From the NCBI GenBank assembly GCA_905233215.1, contig CAJODC010000002.1:11013-75012 (forward strand): a stretch of DNA of 64,000 nucleotides, in the 5' to 3' direction. Positions 44,360 to 53,517 of the stretch are shown here, piece after piece. Under the pieces are notes generated by a model. It saw nothing but the letters and a program-made list of their open reading frames with translations, was not told the DNA's origin and did not search any database. Positions within the stretch are counted from its first letter, which is position 1; the number at the start of each line of letters is the position of its first letter. The translations under genes were made by a program, and so were the position numbers. Source of the stretch: an uncultured Synergistales bacterium. Its GTDB lineage: Bacteria; Synergistota; Synergistia; Synergistales; Aminobacteriaceae.

Positions 44360-44923
44360 ATGATGATATTGATTGCCGGAACAGCAAAGAGCGGAAAAAG
44401 CCGTTACGCTGAAACGAGACTTGATAATTTGTCAGGCTCACCGAAAATTTACATGGCCATGTCAAAAATTATTGATGACGAAATGAGGGAACGTGTCAAA
44501 AATCATCAGGCCATGAGAGCCGGAAAAGGTTTCGTTACGGTTGAAGGCTTCGTGATTGATGAAGTGCCGAGAGATTCAGCGGTCTTGATTGAGAGTCTCA
44601 CGGCTTGGACAGCAAATGAGATGTTCAACGATAACGGAGCTGTTGACCGTAATGTTGTCGTCAAAAAAATTTTCGGCGATATTTTGAGACTGAGAGAACG
44701 TGCCGATGATGTCGTGATTGTCAGTGATGATATTTTTTCTGACGGAGGCGGTTATGATGCTCTCACTGAGGAATATGTGAGGGCTTTGGCTGAATTGACG
44801 GTAAAAATTGCCGGGACTGCTGATGAAGTTGTTGAAGTAATTTCGGGAACGGCAGCGAGGCTGAAAAGTTCACAGCCCCATGACACCGAACATTATCACG
44901 CCAGCAACAGCACTCAGCATTAA
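44360..44923 (+). CDS. cobU: Bifunctional adenosylcobinamide kinase / adenosylcobinamide-phosphate guanylyltransferase
   Basis: Start moved to the ATG at 44360, giving 187 aa. MMILIAGTAKSGKSRYAE follows the recalled CobU N-terminus (ILVTGGARSGKSRHAE), and IESLTAW.. follows. The last ~18 codons run antisense into chrA, a 54-nt convergent overlap. Confidence 0.8.
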   Translation: MMILIAGTAKSGKSRYAETRLDNLSGSPKIYMAMSKIIDDEMRERVKNHQAMRAGKGFVTVEGFVIDEVPRDSAVLIESLTAWTANEMFNDNGAVDRNVVVKKIFGDILRLRERADDVVIVSDDIFSDGGGYDALTEEYVRALAELTVKIAGTADEVVEVISGTAARLKSSQPHDTEHYHASNSTQH

Positions 44924-45439
44924 CACTTTCGGGATTGAGACATGAAACTTCAACAGAAGCACCAAGTCAACAAGACCAAGCACCAATGACGGAATACTGA
45001 CCGCACCGCCGTCAACATAATTCGACAGCATCAAGTCAATCACGACTCCAGCGACAAGTCCCACGCACGCCGGGCGGACTCCCGTCATGATCTGTCCGAG
45101 TCTCCTGTTCTCCTTGAAGTGTTCAAAGAATACAGCGGCTGCAACACAGAGCGTGTATGTCGGACTCAACGCCCCCATGTTCGCAACAAACGCCCCTAAA
45201 ATCCCTGCTGCCCTCATTCCGGCGAACGTTGCGCAGTTCAAGCCCAATGGGCCCGGAGTCATCTCGGCTATTGCTACTATGTCGGAAACTTCTTCGGCAG
45301 TCATCCAGCCGTGTGAGATCATTTCGGACGATATTAACGGTATCATCGACAGTCCCCCGAAACTCGTAAAGCCTACTTTCACGAAGCTCCAATATATTTC
45401 AAGCAATATCATTCTTACCGCTCCTCTCGTAGTACTCAC
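44870..45439 (-). CDS. chrA: Chromate transporter family protein (short CHR, second half of a pair)
   Basis: 189 aa (180 aa if it starts at the ATG at 45412). VKVGFTSFGGLSMIPLI.., EMTPGPLGLN. Confidence 0.8.
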   Translation of the reverse strand: MSTTRGAVRMILLEIYWSFVKVGFTSFGGLSMIPLISSEMISHGWMTAEEVSDIVAIAEMTPGPLGLNCATFAGMRAAGILGAFVANMGALSPTYTLCVAAAVFFEHFKENRRLGQIMTGVRPACVGLVAGVVIDLMLSNYVDGGAVSIPSLVLGLVDLVLLLKFHVSIPKVLMLSAVAGVIMFGVMGL

Positions 45440-45950
45440 AGATTAACACGCCCAAGAACGCTCCGATTACAACAAGCCATACAGGACTCATTCTCATGAA
45501 GAAATACAGAGCGAACATCGCAACGGCTACAGCATAACACGGAGGAAACTTGAAGGCACTCTTAATCATTCCCATTAAGGCACTTATTATCACAGGTGCT
45601 ACGGCTGTTCTCACTCCCTTCATCGCTGAGGCTACCCATAAATTATTCTGGAACGCCGTGTAAAAACTTGTTATCGCTATCAGTACAACGAACGGTGCCG
45701 TTATCATTCCCATCATGCAAGCAATGCCTCCCCAAAACCCGGCCATGCGGTGGCCGAAGAACATCGCTATATTCCCGATCATCGTTCCCGGCAATGAACG
45801 CCCTATGCTTGTTATGTCCAGTAATTCTTCATCGGTCAAAACTTTTTCGCTCTTAACGTAAATTTCTCTCATCTGCGCTACAATGCTCCAGCCTCCGCCG
45901 AATGTGAACGCTCCGAACTTCAGGAATTGAAGGTATAATTTCGCAATCAT
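45399..45950 (-). CDS. chrA: Chromate transporter family protein (short CHR, first half of a pair)
   Basis: 183 aa. LKFGAFTFGGGWSIVAQM.., GRSLPGTMIGN. Adjacent paired short-CHR genes are a known arrangement. Confidence 0.8.
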   Translation of the reverse strand: MIAKLYLQFLKFGAFTFGGGWSIVAQMREIYVKSEKVLTDEELLDITSIGRSLPGTMIGNIAMFFGHRMAGFWGGIACMMGMITAPFVVLIAITSFYTAFQNNLWVASAMKGVRTAVAPVIISALMGMIKSAFKFPPCYAVAVAMFALYFFMRMSPVWLVVIGAFLGVLICEYYERSGKNDIA

Positions 45951-45960
45951 AATTTTTCCT

Positions 45961-48315
45961 CTACTTAAACTCTACTATCGTTACGCCGTAACCGCCTTCG
46001 CCCTCAACGCCAAGCCTGTAGCTTTTTACGTAATTCAGCCTTGAGCAGAGAGCGTGAACTTCTCGCCGTAAAATTCCTTCGCCCCGTCCGTGTATCACCG
46101 TAACAACTGAGTGATTAGACCTGTAAGCCTTATCGAGATAATTCGCAACTAACGGCAACGCTTCAGCCACTAACATTCCACGAACCATGATTGATGACGG
46201 GACGCTTTCAGGGCGTGGGAGCTTTGTAGTGTCAACAACAGGCGAAGCGACTTGAGCTTTCTTGTCGGTGGCAATCAACTGGCTCACAGGGACATCAACG
46301 CTCATCGGTCCGGCGGTCATGTATGCGCGTCCGTTTTTGATCTCGTTGATGACTCCGACAATACCGCTTCCTGCTATCATTGCAGTAACTCCCGGCGCAG
46401 GCTCAAAAGGTTTCGGGCTGTTCTGAATTTCACGCTCAGTCCGTTTCTTCTGTCTCTTGTCGATGAGGCTCCGTAAAGTTTTCAGCTCTCTTCTTTTCAC
46501 GTTGTAACCTTTCCTTGCTATGTCTCTTGCTGACTCTTCAACGCTCCTGATGATTTCTTTTGAAGTCTCTTCGGCTTGAGCGATGAATTTTTCGGCTTTT
46601 CTGTCGGCAGCCTGCATGATTTTATCCCGTTGAGTGTCGATCTCTTTGACACGGCTCTGATACGCCTGCTTGAGCTGTTCAGCTTCCTTCATGGCCGAAT
46701 GCACTTCACGTTCAGCTGAGTCGAGAGCGGCTTTACGTTCGTTGAGTTCGCTCATTATGTCCTCTGCTGTAACCTCACGCGAGTCGAGTTCGCCCTGTGC
46801 GAGTCTCAAGACGCTTTCGGGCATTCCGTAACGTTTAGCGATTAACAGCGCACTGCTCCGGCCGGGTATGCCCATGAGCAATCTATATGTCGGCTGTAAC
46901 TTCTGAATGTCAAACTCCATGCTTGCCGTCTCGACTCCTTCGGTCATCAATGCGTATTGCTTCACCGGGTTGTGATGAGTCGTTGCGAGAGTGATACAGC
47001 CTTTCTCCTTGAGCGTCTGCAAAATCGCAACTCCCAACGCTGCTCCCTCGTGAGGGTCTGTGCCTGCTCCGAGTTCGTCAAGCAAGACAAGCGATGAGTC
47101 AGTAGCGTGAGTGAGAATGTGAATGATTTTCCGTAAGTGTGCGCTGAACGTTGAAAGATTTTGCTCTATGCTCTGTTCATCGCCTATGTCCTCGTAAATT
47201 TCGTCAAAAGTCCCGATTACTGTTCCGTCTCTCGCTGGCAATGGAAGTCCCAGCCACGCAACCGCAATCATAACACCTGCTGTCTTGAGCGTAACAGTCT
47301 TTCCTCCAGTGTTTGAGCCGGTGATTACGAGTGTCGAGAAGTTTTCACCGCATGAGACCGAAACGGGAACGGCTTTATCCTTCAACATCGGGTGTCTTGC
47401 GTCAACAAGCCTGAAGAATTTTTCTGCTGACAGTTCAGGAATGACCCAGTGCTTGTTACGTATCAGGTCATCGCAGACGCATAGCAGGTCAAAAGTTCCG
47501 ATGACTCTCTCAGCATTGATGACGGCGTTTTCACGTGAAAGAATGCTCCGTGTCAGTTCGAGAAGTATCAATCTTTCCTCGTCCTGTTCGTCTTTTGTCT
47601 TGACGATGAGTTCATTGTTGACACGAGATAAGGCTCTTGCTTCCATGTAAACTGAATTTCCTGACGCTGAACGTTCAACGGCGAGTCCGGGAAAACGGTT
47701 AATGTATTCCTGCCGTACCAGTAACAAGAATCTTCCTTCACGCCATGAGAGCGATCTTTCCTGTAACATGTTTACGATGTCGGGGTCTTCAAAAAGTTTT
47801 TGGGCAATCCTACGGCCATTCCGCTTTAAGTTTTCGAGTTCCTCACGGATTATTGAGAGTCTGTGCGATGCGTTGTCGGCGAGTCTTCCTGAGTCTTCGA
47901 TGACATTGAGAGCGTCAATTTCGGGCGTGAAGTCTCTGATTCCTCGTCTCAAGCTGTCGACACTGGGGTAATCAGCCGCTAAAGCCGCAAGCCCTTCACG
48001 GATTTGACGAGCTGAGTTCAACACCGCCCTGACTCTGAGCAGTTCTTCACCGGAAAGAATGCCGCTCCTTTTTGCGTTCGGGAACATCGGCGAGACCGCT
48101 TCGAGTCCTGCGTTGAAGGCAAATTCGCCGTTATGGTCAGTGAGATCCAGCCACTCACGCAATAATTTCTCACGTTCACGGAGAGAGTTGAAATCCTCAG
48201 CAGGTCTCAACGAGTCTAAAATTAACTCCCCTAATCCGCCTCTCAATCTTTCACGGAAGGGGAGCAAATTTTTCTCAAGTTCTAAAATTTCCGCTACATT
48301 CTCTGAAATTCGCAT
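45961..48315 (-). CDS. mutS2: Endonuclease MutS2 (MutS ATPase core plus C-terminal Smr domain)
   Basis: 784 aa. ITGSNTGGKT, LLDELGAGTDP, coiled-coil linker, and an Smr domain (VIHGRGEGILRREV). Confidence 0.9.
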   Translation of the reverse strand: MRISENVAEILELEKNLLPFRERLRGGLGELILDSLRPAEDFNSLREREKLLREWLDLTDHNGEFAFNAGLEAVSPMFPNAKRSGILSGEELLRVRAVLNSARQIREGLAALAADYPSVDSLRRGIRDFTPEIDALNVIEDSGRLADNASHRLSIIREELENLKRNGRRIAQKLFEDPDIVNMLQERSLSWREGRFLLLVRQEYINRFPGLAVERSASGNSVYMEARALSRVNNELIVKTKDEQDEERLILLELTRSILSRENAVINAERVIGTFDLLCVCDDLIRNKHWVIPELSAEKFFRLVDARHPMLKDKAVPVSVSCGENFSTLVITGSNTGGKTVTLKTAGVMIAVAWLGLPLPARDGTVIGTFDEIYEDIGDEQSIEQNLSTFSAHLRKIIHILTHATDSSLVLLDELGAGTDPHEGAALGVAILQTLKEKGCITLATTHHNPVKQYALMTEGVETASMEFDIQKLQPTYRLLMGIPGRSSALLIAKRYGMPESVLRLAQGELDSREVTAEDIMSELNERKAALDSAEREVHSAMKEAEQLKQAYQSRVKEIDTQRDKIMQAADRKAEKFIAQAEETSKEIIRSVEESARDIARKGYNVKRRELKTLRSLIDKRQKKRTEREIQNSPKPFEPAPGVTAMIAGSGIVGVINEIKNGRAYMTAGPMSVDVPVSQLIATDKKAQVASPVVDTTKLPRPESVPSSIMVRGMLVAEALPLVANYLDKAYRSNHSVVTVIHGRGEGILRREVHALCSRLNYVKSYRLGVEGEGGYGVTIVEFK

Positions 48316-48839
48316 TACATTACACCAGTCAACGCAGAGAAATCGACAAGATCATATTTCTGGAGCAAGTCCCTCACATACGGCCACACATAAGAAGCTC
48401 CCTTCATGAACCAGCTTTCAGTGAGCCAATCTGACGGAACTATTTTCGGGAATGCCGACAAGAGAGCGTAAACGATGATTGTGATGAAACAAGTTTTGAG
48501 GAAACCGACAATCATTCCGAAAACGTGATCTGTTATTGAAAGCTGAGTTACTTTGACGACAAACGACAAAATGAAACCGATGACGGCAAAAATAATTTGA
48601 ACCGTGAAGAAAATTCCGAGCGCACAGACTAACGACAATATATTTTTGTCAAAAGCGGGATCAACGTAACGTGAAGCCAATTCGACAGCAGGGTCAACGA
48701 ACTTCCAAGCGCAGAAAGTACTGACAGCAAAGCCGACAAGGCCTATGACTTCGCCGGAGAAGCCGTTGACAAGACCCTTGTACAAAAAGAATATCAAGAT
48801 TATTCCGAGAACGGCATCAATGATTAAAGCAGCATTCAA
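48315..48839 (-). CDS. cvpA: CvpA-family membrane protein
   Basis: 174 aa with four TM helices in the CvpA pattern (DAVLGIILIFFLYKGLVNGF). One-nt overlap with mutS2. Confidence 0.7.
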   Translation of the reverse strand: MNAALIIDAVLGIILIFFLYKGLVNGFSGEVIGLVGFAVSTFCAWKFVDPAVELASRYVDPAFDKNILSLVCALGIFFTVQIIFAVIGFILSFVVKVTQLSITDHVFGMIVGFLKTCFITIIVYALLSAFPKIVPSDWLTESWFMKGASYVWPYVRDLLQKYDLVDFSALTGVM

Positions 48840-48856
48840 TTTTTATCACCTTTCTG

Positions 48857-49462
48857 TTAATTAACGCCTTGAGGGGCGCGGTAGTAATTTATTTTTAGGT
48901 TAGACGGACTGACGGCCATGTTGATATTTTTTGCTGACAGTTCACACAATGCAAGCATGTCAGGTTTCACGCGCATAATTTCAACGTCAAGCCCTGTTCT
49001 TTCGGGGTCATCGGAAATTATCGCCGTGTCAGGGTGGACATTCAGCCAGTCAAGAATTTCACTGTGAGAATATTCCCCAGCCTTGAGGGAATTTTCACAC
49101 TCTGCGTAAACGTAGCCGTGTCCGGCGTAAATCAGCGTCAACGGAGGCACGAAAAATCCATGAGACAACACACTGAATGTTGACACAGGAATGACCATCG
49201 CCCCCGAAGCGTAAGCAATCCCTGAAGCGTAAGAAGCACCAACACGAATCCCAGTGAAGTAACCCGGTCCATTCGTCAACGCTACGTAATCAAGCTCATT
49301 CCACGAAAGACACGCCGACTTCATCAGCCTCTCACACATCAACGGAAGCTCCGATGACTGCTTACGGCCTAAATCGCCCTGTTCATGGCCGACAATCTCA
49401 CCGTCAACCATCAAGGCAGCTCCCGTCAATTTCAAGCAGCAGTCAACCGCAAGAATTTTCAC
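48857..49462 (-). CDS. tsaB: tRNA t6A37 biosynthesis protein TsaB (YeaZ)
   Basis: 201 aa. ILAVDCC.., ALTNGPGYFTGIRVGASYASG. Confidence 0.85.
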   Translation of the reverse strand: MKILAVDCCLKLTGAALMVDGEIVGHEQGDLGRKQSSELPLMCERLMKSACLSWNELDYVALTNGPGYFTGIRVGASYASGIAYASGAMVIPVSTFSVLSHGFFVPPLTLIYAGHGYVYAECENSLKAGEYSHSEILDWLNVHPDTAIISDDPERTGLDVEIMRVKPDMLALCELSAKNINMAVSPSNLKINYYRAPQGVN

Positions 49463-49887
49463 GCTAAATCACCCTCGATTCTGATTTCACGTTCCGACTC
49501 GCTCACAGAGTCAAAATAGATTCTCACAGCGTCATCAGGAGGATTGCTCCATCTTTCCGGCCATTCGACAAAAACTACAGCGTCATCATCTCCGGCGTAC
49601 TCATCAAGGCCGATTGCGTTCACTCCGTCAGAGTCAAGCCTGTACAAATCCGCATGAATCACGTACAGTCCCGACTCTGACTCGTATTCGTTGATGAGAG
49701 TGAATGAAGGACTCCTGACTCCAGTAACGCCGAGAGCCTCAGCAGCTCCCCTGACGAAAACAGTTTTTCCAGCTCCCAAGTCCCCGAACAGCAAAACAAC
49801 CGTTCCGCCCGTCAAGCCTTCCGCAAATTCACGGCCAATGTTGCGAGTCTCAAGCTCAGAGCGTGAAACGTAAATGTTACTTGTCAT
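49459..49887 (-). CDS. tsaE: tRNA t6A37 biosynthesis ATPase TsaE (YjeE)
   Basis: 142 aa. LFGDLGAGKTVFVRG, SPSFTLINEY, HADLYRL. Confidence 0.85.
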   Translation of the reverse strand: MTSNIYVSRSELETRNIGREFAEGLTGGTVVLLFGDLGAGKTVFVRGAAEALGVTGVRSPSFTLINEYESESGLYVIHADLYRLDSDGVNAIGLDEYAGDDDAVVFVEWPERWSNPPDDAVRIYFDSVSESEREIRIEGDLA

Positions 49888-50125
49888 GTTTTCGCTTCTC
49901 TGAACGGTGTTTCATGATGACACGGAGAATCACGCAGGACACACAGAACAACGCCGCGAATAAAACCGTCTTGGGTATCTCAATGTCGGCACCTGTTGAA
50001 CGACTCATTCCGAATATGAACGCTATGGCCATTCCGAAACTCAATAGGCTCATGAAAAGACCACGCCTCCGAATGTTCTCGGTCTTGCGAATCTCCTCGT
50101 CCCAATCTATTCGCTTGCGTCTCAT
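49877..50125 (-). CDS. Small two-TM membrane protein, unknown function
   Basis: 82 aa with basic termini and two hydrophobic helices. It overlaps nnrD (4 nt) and tsaE (11 nt), consistent with translational coupling. No homology recognised. Confidence 0.4.
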   Translation of the reverse strand: MRRKRIDWDEEIRKTENIRRRGLFMSLLSFGMAIAFIFGMSRSTGADIEIPKTVLFAALFCVSCVILRVIMKHRSEKRKHDK

Positions 50126-50958
50126 TTTCCTGCTCTCAATCCGTGAATTACTTTCCTCAGAGTGTTAGCGATCTCTGAAGCCAGCACGCCGTCAACGCCT
50201 TCACGCGCTAAAATTTCCCCTGCGAGTCCGTGAACTGACGCTCCCAACACGGCAGCATCAAAAGCGTTAAGCCCTCCGGCCAAGAACGCAGCGATACAGC
50301 CCGAAAGTACATCGCCTGATCCCGGTACTGAAAGCTCCGGGCCTCCGTAGGGTATCTCGGCGAATTTCTCGCCTGACGCAACGAGTGTGTGATGACCTTT
50401 GAGGACGACACAGCCCCAACGCTCGGAAAGTTCCCGGACCGCTCCGGGTCTGTCGGCTCTGACCTGTTCGGGAGTGATGCCGAGTAACCTTCCTGCTTCG
50501 GCCTCATGAGGTGTCAAAACTGAGTCTCTTCTCGGCTTCAAGTCATCACGTGAGACTGCGAGTGCATTGAGTCCGTCACCGTCAACAAGAATCTTAGCTC
50601 TCCATTCACGCCACATTCGGGACGTGAAAATTTCGGCTGCTACGCTCCTGTCCAAGCCCGGCCCTATAACGAGAGCGTCAATGTTCTTTTGTGCCAACGC
50701 TATTTCCTTCCACCTGAATGTGTCATCGTCAAAACAGTAAATCACTTCGGGAAGCCTCGCAGCGCAAGCCTCACAGACTTTCAGAAGCGATAAAATTGTT
50801 ACGACACCTGCACCGCTCTTCAACGCTCCAAGTGCGCTCAAAGCAGGCGCACCGGGATAACGCATTGAGCCTCCAGCGATAAGCACCCGTCCACGATTGC
50901 CCTTGTGCATGTCATCGGGGCGTTGCGGAAGGAGTTTCTTCAGTTCCTCAGCCTTCAT
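50122..50958 (-). CDS. nnrD: ADP-dependent NAD(P)H-hydrate dehydratase (YjeF C-terminal domain type)
   Basis: 278 aa. HKGNRGRVLIAGGS..YPGAP, GPGLD, GSGDVLSG. Confidence 0.85.
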   Translation of the reverse strand: MKAEELKKLLPQRPDDMHKGNRGRVLIAGGSMRYPGAPALSALGALKSGAGVVTILSLLKVCEACAARLPEVIYCFDDDTFRWKEIALAQKNIDALVIGPGLDRSVAAEIFTSRMWREWRAKILVDGDGLNALAVSRDDLKPRRDSVLTPHEAEAGRLLGITPEQVRADRPGAVRELSERWGCVVLKGHHTLVASGEKFAEIPYGGPELSVPGSGDVLSGCIAAFLAGGLNAFDAAVLGASVHGLAGEILAREGVDGVLASEIANTLRKVIHGLRAGK

Positions 50959-51926
50959 TAGGCTTTCACCATCTGCGGAGGTTCTTTGCCGGCGAAAACT
51001 GCCTCAATGTTCCGTATGACCATGAGTCCCATTTCTCGCCTTGTTCCGAATGTTGCCGTGCCGATGTGAGGAAGAAGCACGACATTCTTTAACGTCTTCA
51101 GCAGTGGCTCAACTTCGGGTTCATTCTCGTAAACGTCAAGCCCTGCACCGGCGATGACACGTCTTGAGAGAGCGTCGGCAAGTGCTTTCTCGTCAACAAC
51201 AGGCCCTCTCGAAGTATTGATGAGTATTCCGTCAGGCTTCATCTTTGCGAGTTCATTCGCTCCGATTAGGTGTCTTGTCGAATCTGTCAAAGGCACATGA
51301 AGACTCACGAAGTCCGAACGTTCGAGGAGTTCTTCAAGTCCGACTCTCTGCGCTCCTACTGATTCGAGGTGAAGAGAACTGCGCCTGCTGTAGTAGAGTA
51401 CCTTCATGTTGAAGCCTCTAGCGGCCTTTATGCCGAAGTTGGTACCGATTCTTCCGGCACCGATTACGCCGACTGTGCGCCCTGTTATGTCGTAACCGAG
51501 CATGTATTTCGGTGCCCACATGAACGAGCCTGTTCTGACGATGTTGTCGCACTCTATGACTCTTCTTGCTGCTGCGAACATAAGAGTGAACGCTGTGTCA
51601 GCCGTAGCATCAGTGAGAACATCGGGAGTGTTCGTAACGTAGATTCCTTTTGCCGTTGCAGCTGCGACATCAATATTGTTGTAACCAACGCCGTAATTGG
51701 CGATGAGCTTCAAATCCGGGCCAGCCTGATTGATTAAATCAGCGTCAATCGGATCGTTCAGCATTGTTATGACAGCCGCGTAATTCTGGAATGCGTTGAC
51801 GAGTTCTTGACGTGTAGCTTGCCTTTCCTCGCTGTTAGCGTCATATTCGCAGATGTTTCCGAGCGTCTTCATAACGTAAGTGGGAAGAGTGCGTGTTACG
51901 TATACTTTTTTGTTCATTGTGTTCAC
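50958..51926 (-). CDS. D-isomer-specific 2-hydroxyacid dehydrogenase (glyoxylate/hydroxypyruvate reductase-like)
   Basis: 322 aa. GVIGAGRIG, NTSRGPVVDE, PHIGTAT. Confidence 0.85.
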   Translation of the reverse strand: MNTMNKKVYVTRTLPTYVMKTLGNICEYDANSEERQATRQELVNAFQNYAAVITMLNDPIDADLINQAGPDLKLIANYGVGYNNIDVAAATAKGIYVTNTPDVLTDATADTAFTLMFAAARRVIECDNIVRTGSFMWAPKYMLGYDITGRTVGVIGAGRIGTNFGIKAARGFNMKVLYYSRRSSLHLESVGAQRVGLEELLERSDFVSLHVPLTDSTRHLIGANELAKMKPDGILINTSRGPVVDEKALADALSRRVIAGAGLDVYENEPEVEPLLKTLKNVVLLPHIGTATFGTRREMGLMVIRNIEAVFAGKEPPQMVKA

Positions 51927-52462
51927 TCCTCTATGATTGTGATTGTCTTGATTGTTACGTCTTTAACTGGTCTGTCCTGCTTGTTGGTCTTTGTGTGTCC
52001 GATTTCCTCGACAACGTTCATTCCCTCGATGACATGGCCGAAGATGGCGTGATGACCATCAAGCCACGGGGTTGGAACGAGAGTGATGAAGAACTGAGAA
52101 CCGCCTGTGTCGGGCCCGGCGTTAGCCATTGAGAGAATGCCCGGAGCGTCATGCTTGAGACCTTTGCCGAACTCATCGGGAATGACGTAACCCGGACCGC
52201 CTCTGCCTGTTCCTGTAGGATCACCGCCCTGTATCATGAAACCGTCGATTACGCGGTGGAAGATTACGCCGTCATAGAAATTCTTTTTTGCGAGGGTTGT
52301 GAAATTGAGTACAGTGTTGGGAGCGAGGTCGGAATAAAGTTCGACAGTGAAATCGCCCATTGACGTTTGGAATTTTGCGAGCGGACGTTTGACTGGTTCT
52401 TCGGCAAAAGCTGGAGAACATGCCAGAGCTAAAGCGAGTAACTTGCAGATTAACTTGTACAT
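51923..52462 (-). CDS. Secreted cyclophilin-type peptidyl-prolyl cis-trans isomerase
   Basis: Start moved to the ATG at 52462 (AGGAGG RBS). Signal peptide MYKLICKLLALALACSPAFA. FHRVIDGFMIQGGDP, SMANAGPDTGGSQFFI. Confidence 0.9.
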   Translation of the reverse strand: MYKLICKLLALALACSPAFAEEPVKRPLAKFQTSMGDFTVELYSDLAPNTVLNFTTLAKKNFYDGVIFHRVIDGFMIQGGDPTGTGRGGPGYVIPDEFGKGLKHDAPGILSMANAGPDTGGSQFFITLVPTPWLDGHHAIFGHVIEGMNVVEEIGHTKTNKQDRPVKDVTIKTITIIEE

Positions 52463-52530
52463 TGTGAGATGACTCCTCCTTGATGTAATGATTGCATATA
52501 ATATCACTAATCACAAAGCTGGAAAGGATA

Positions 52531-53307
52531 ATGAAAATGAATTTGATACTGCCTGAGTTAATTGGTACAAAATACAGAAGTCCGTCACAGATAATCCGGG
52601 TAACGAGTGAGTTATGGCTGTCTAAAGAAATGTATTGCCCGTCTTGCGGAAATGAGTCGCTCTACTACCTTCCGAACAATTCAAAAGGGGCTGACTTCAA
52701 GTGTGAACAGTGCGGTGAAATTTATGAACTCAAAAGCAAGCGTAACAGAGTCGGCAAAATGATACTTGACGGAGCATACAGCGCAGCAATCGAAAGAGTA
52801 ACCAGTAACACTAACCCTAACTTGTTTGTAATGTGCTACCGTATGAATCTTGTTGAGACGTTGACGATTATACCGAAATATTTTTTCACTCCTGACGTTC
52901 TGAAAATTCGTCCTGCTCTTGCTCCGACTGCGAGACGTGCGGGTTATGTAGGCTCTTGGATAATGTACAGCGAGATTCCAGAGAGTGGAAAAATTCCGGT
53001 CGTCGAATCTCACAATGAATGCGACAAAGAGTCGGTGCTGAAAAATTTTGCTCAAGCCGTGAAACTGAAAGTTACGGATATAAAATTGCGTGGTTGGCTT
53101 ATGGACATTCTGAAATGCACTGATAAGATCGCTGACGATATTTTTTCAACTGATGACATTTATTCATTCAAGGACGAATTGAGTCAAAAGCACCCTGACA
53201 ATCACAACATCGAGGCGAAAATTCGTCAGAAGCTGCAAATTTTGAGGGATAAGGGCTTCATTGAGTTCTTGGGCAACGGCAGGTACAGAAAGATTCGGAG
53301 GCAGTGA
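52531..53307 (+). CDS. dpnC: DpnI-family methyl-directed (G-m6A-TC) type IIM restriction endonuclease
   Basis: Start at the ATG at 52531, giving 258 aa. YRSPSQIIRVTSELWLSKEMYCPSCGN..ADFKCEQCGEIYELKSK..ILDGAYSAAIERV..NPNLF follows recalled R.DpnI (YKSNSQKARILTEDWVYRQSYCPNCGN..ADFYCNHC.EEFELKSK..INDGAY..NPNFF). It has Cys4 plus the D..ExK core and a C-terminal winged-helix-like LQILRDKGFIEFLGNGRYRKI. About 35-40% GC by eye. Confidence 0.85.
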   Translation: MKMNLILPELIGTKYRSPSQIIRVTSELWLSKEMYCPSCGNESLYYLPNNSKGADFKCEQCGEIYELKSKRNRVGKMILDGAYSAAIERVTSNTNPNLFVMCYRMNLVETLTIIPKYFFTPDVLKIRPALAPTARRAGYVGSWIMYSEIPESGKIPVVESHNECDKESVLKNFAQAVKLKVTDIKLRGWLMDILKCTDKIADDIFSTDDIYSFKDELSQKHPDNHNIEAKIRQKLQILRDKGFIEFLGNGRYRKIRRQ

Positions 53308-53308
53308 A

Positions 53309-53470
53309 ATGACATTTGACGTGCTGATAACGGAGACACTCGAAGATATTGTTACTGTTGAAGCGGAAAACGAATCGGAAGCGTTACGGAAGGCAGAAGA
53401 AAAATGGAAGGAAGGAAGCTATATTCTCGGCTCTGAGAATTTCACGGGCGTTGAGTTTAAGTTATGGTGA
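53309..53470 (+). CDS. dpnD: DpnD/PcfM-like small protein
   Basis: 53 aa from the ATG at 53309, 1 nt after the dpnC stop. MTFDVLITETLEDIVTVEAENESEALRKAEEKWKEGSYILGSENFTGVEFKLW matches the recalled DpnD/PcfM pattern (..V.ITETLE..V.VEA.s.eEA...v...w....yiLd.dnF.gVeF). Confidence 0.7.
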   Translation: MTFDVLITETLEDIVTVEAENESEALRKAEEKWKEGSYILGSENFTGVEFKLW

Positions 53471-53477
53471 CAAAAAA

Positions 53478-53511
53478 ATTTCCCGAAAGAATTTCTCTTC
53501 TCTCGGGAAAT
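53478..53511. terminator. Bidirectional rho-independent terminator between dpnD and the sugar ABC operon
   Basis: A7 run, stem ATTTCCCGA (53478-53486) / TCGGGAAAT (53503-53511). T/A runs flank it on both sides. Confidence 0.7.
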
Positions 53512-53517
53512 CTCAAA

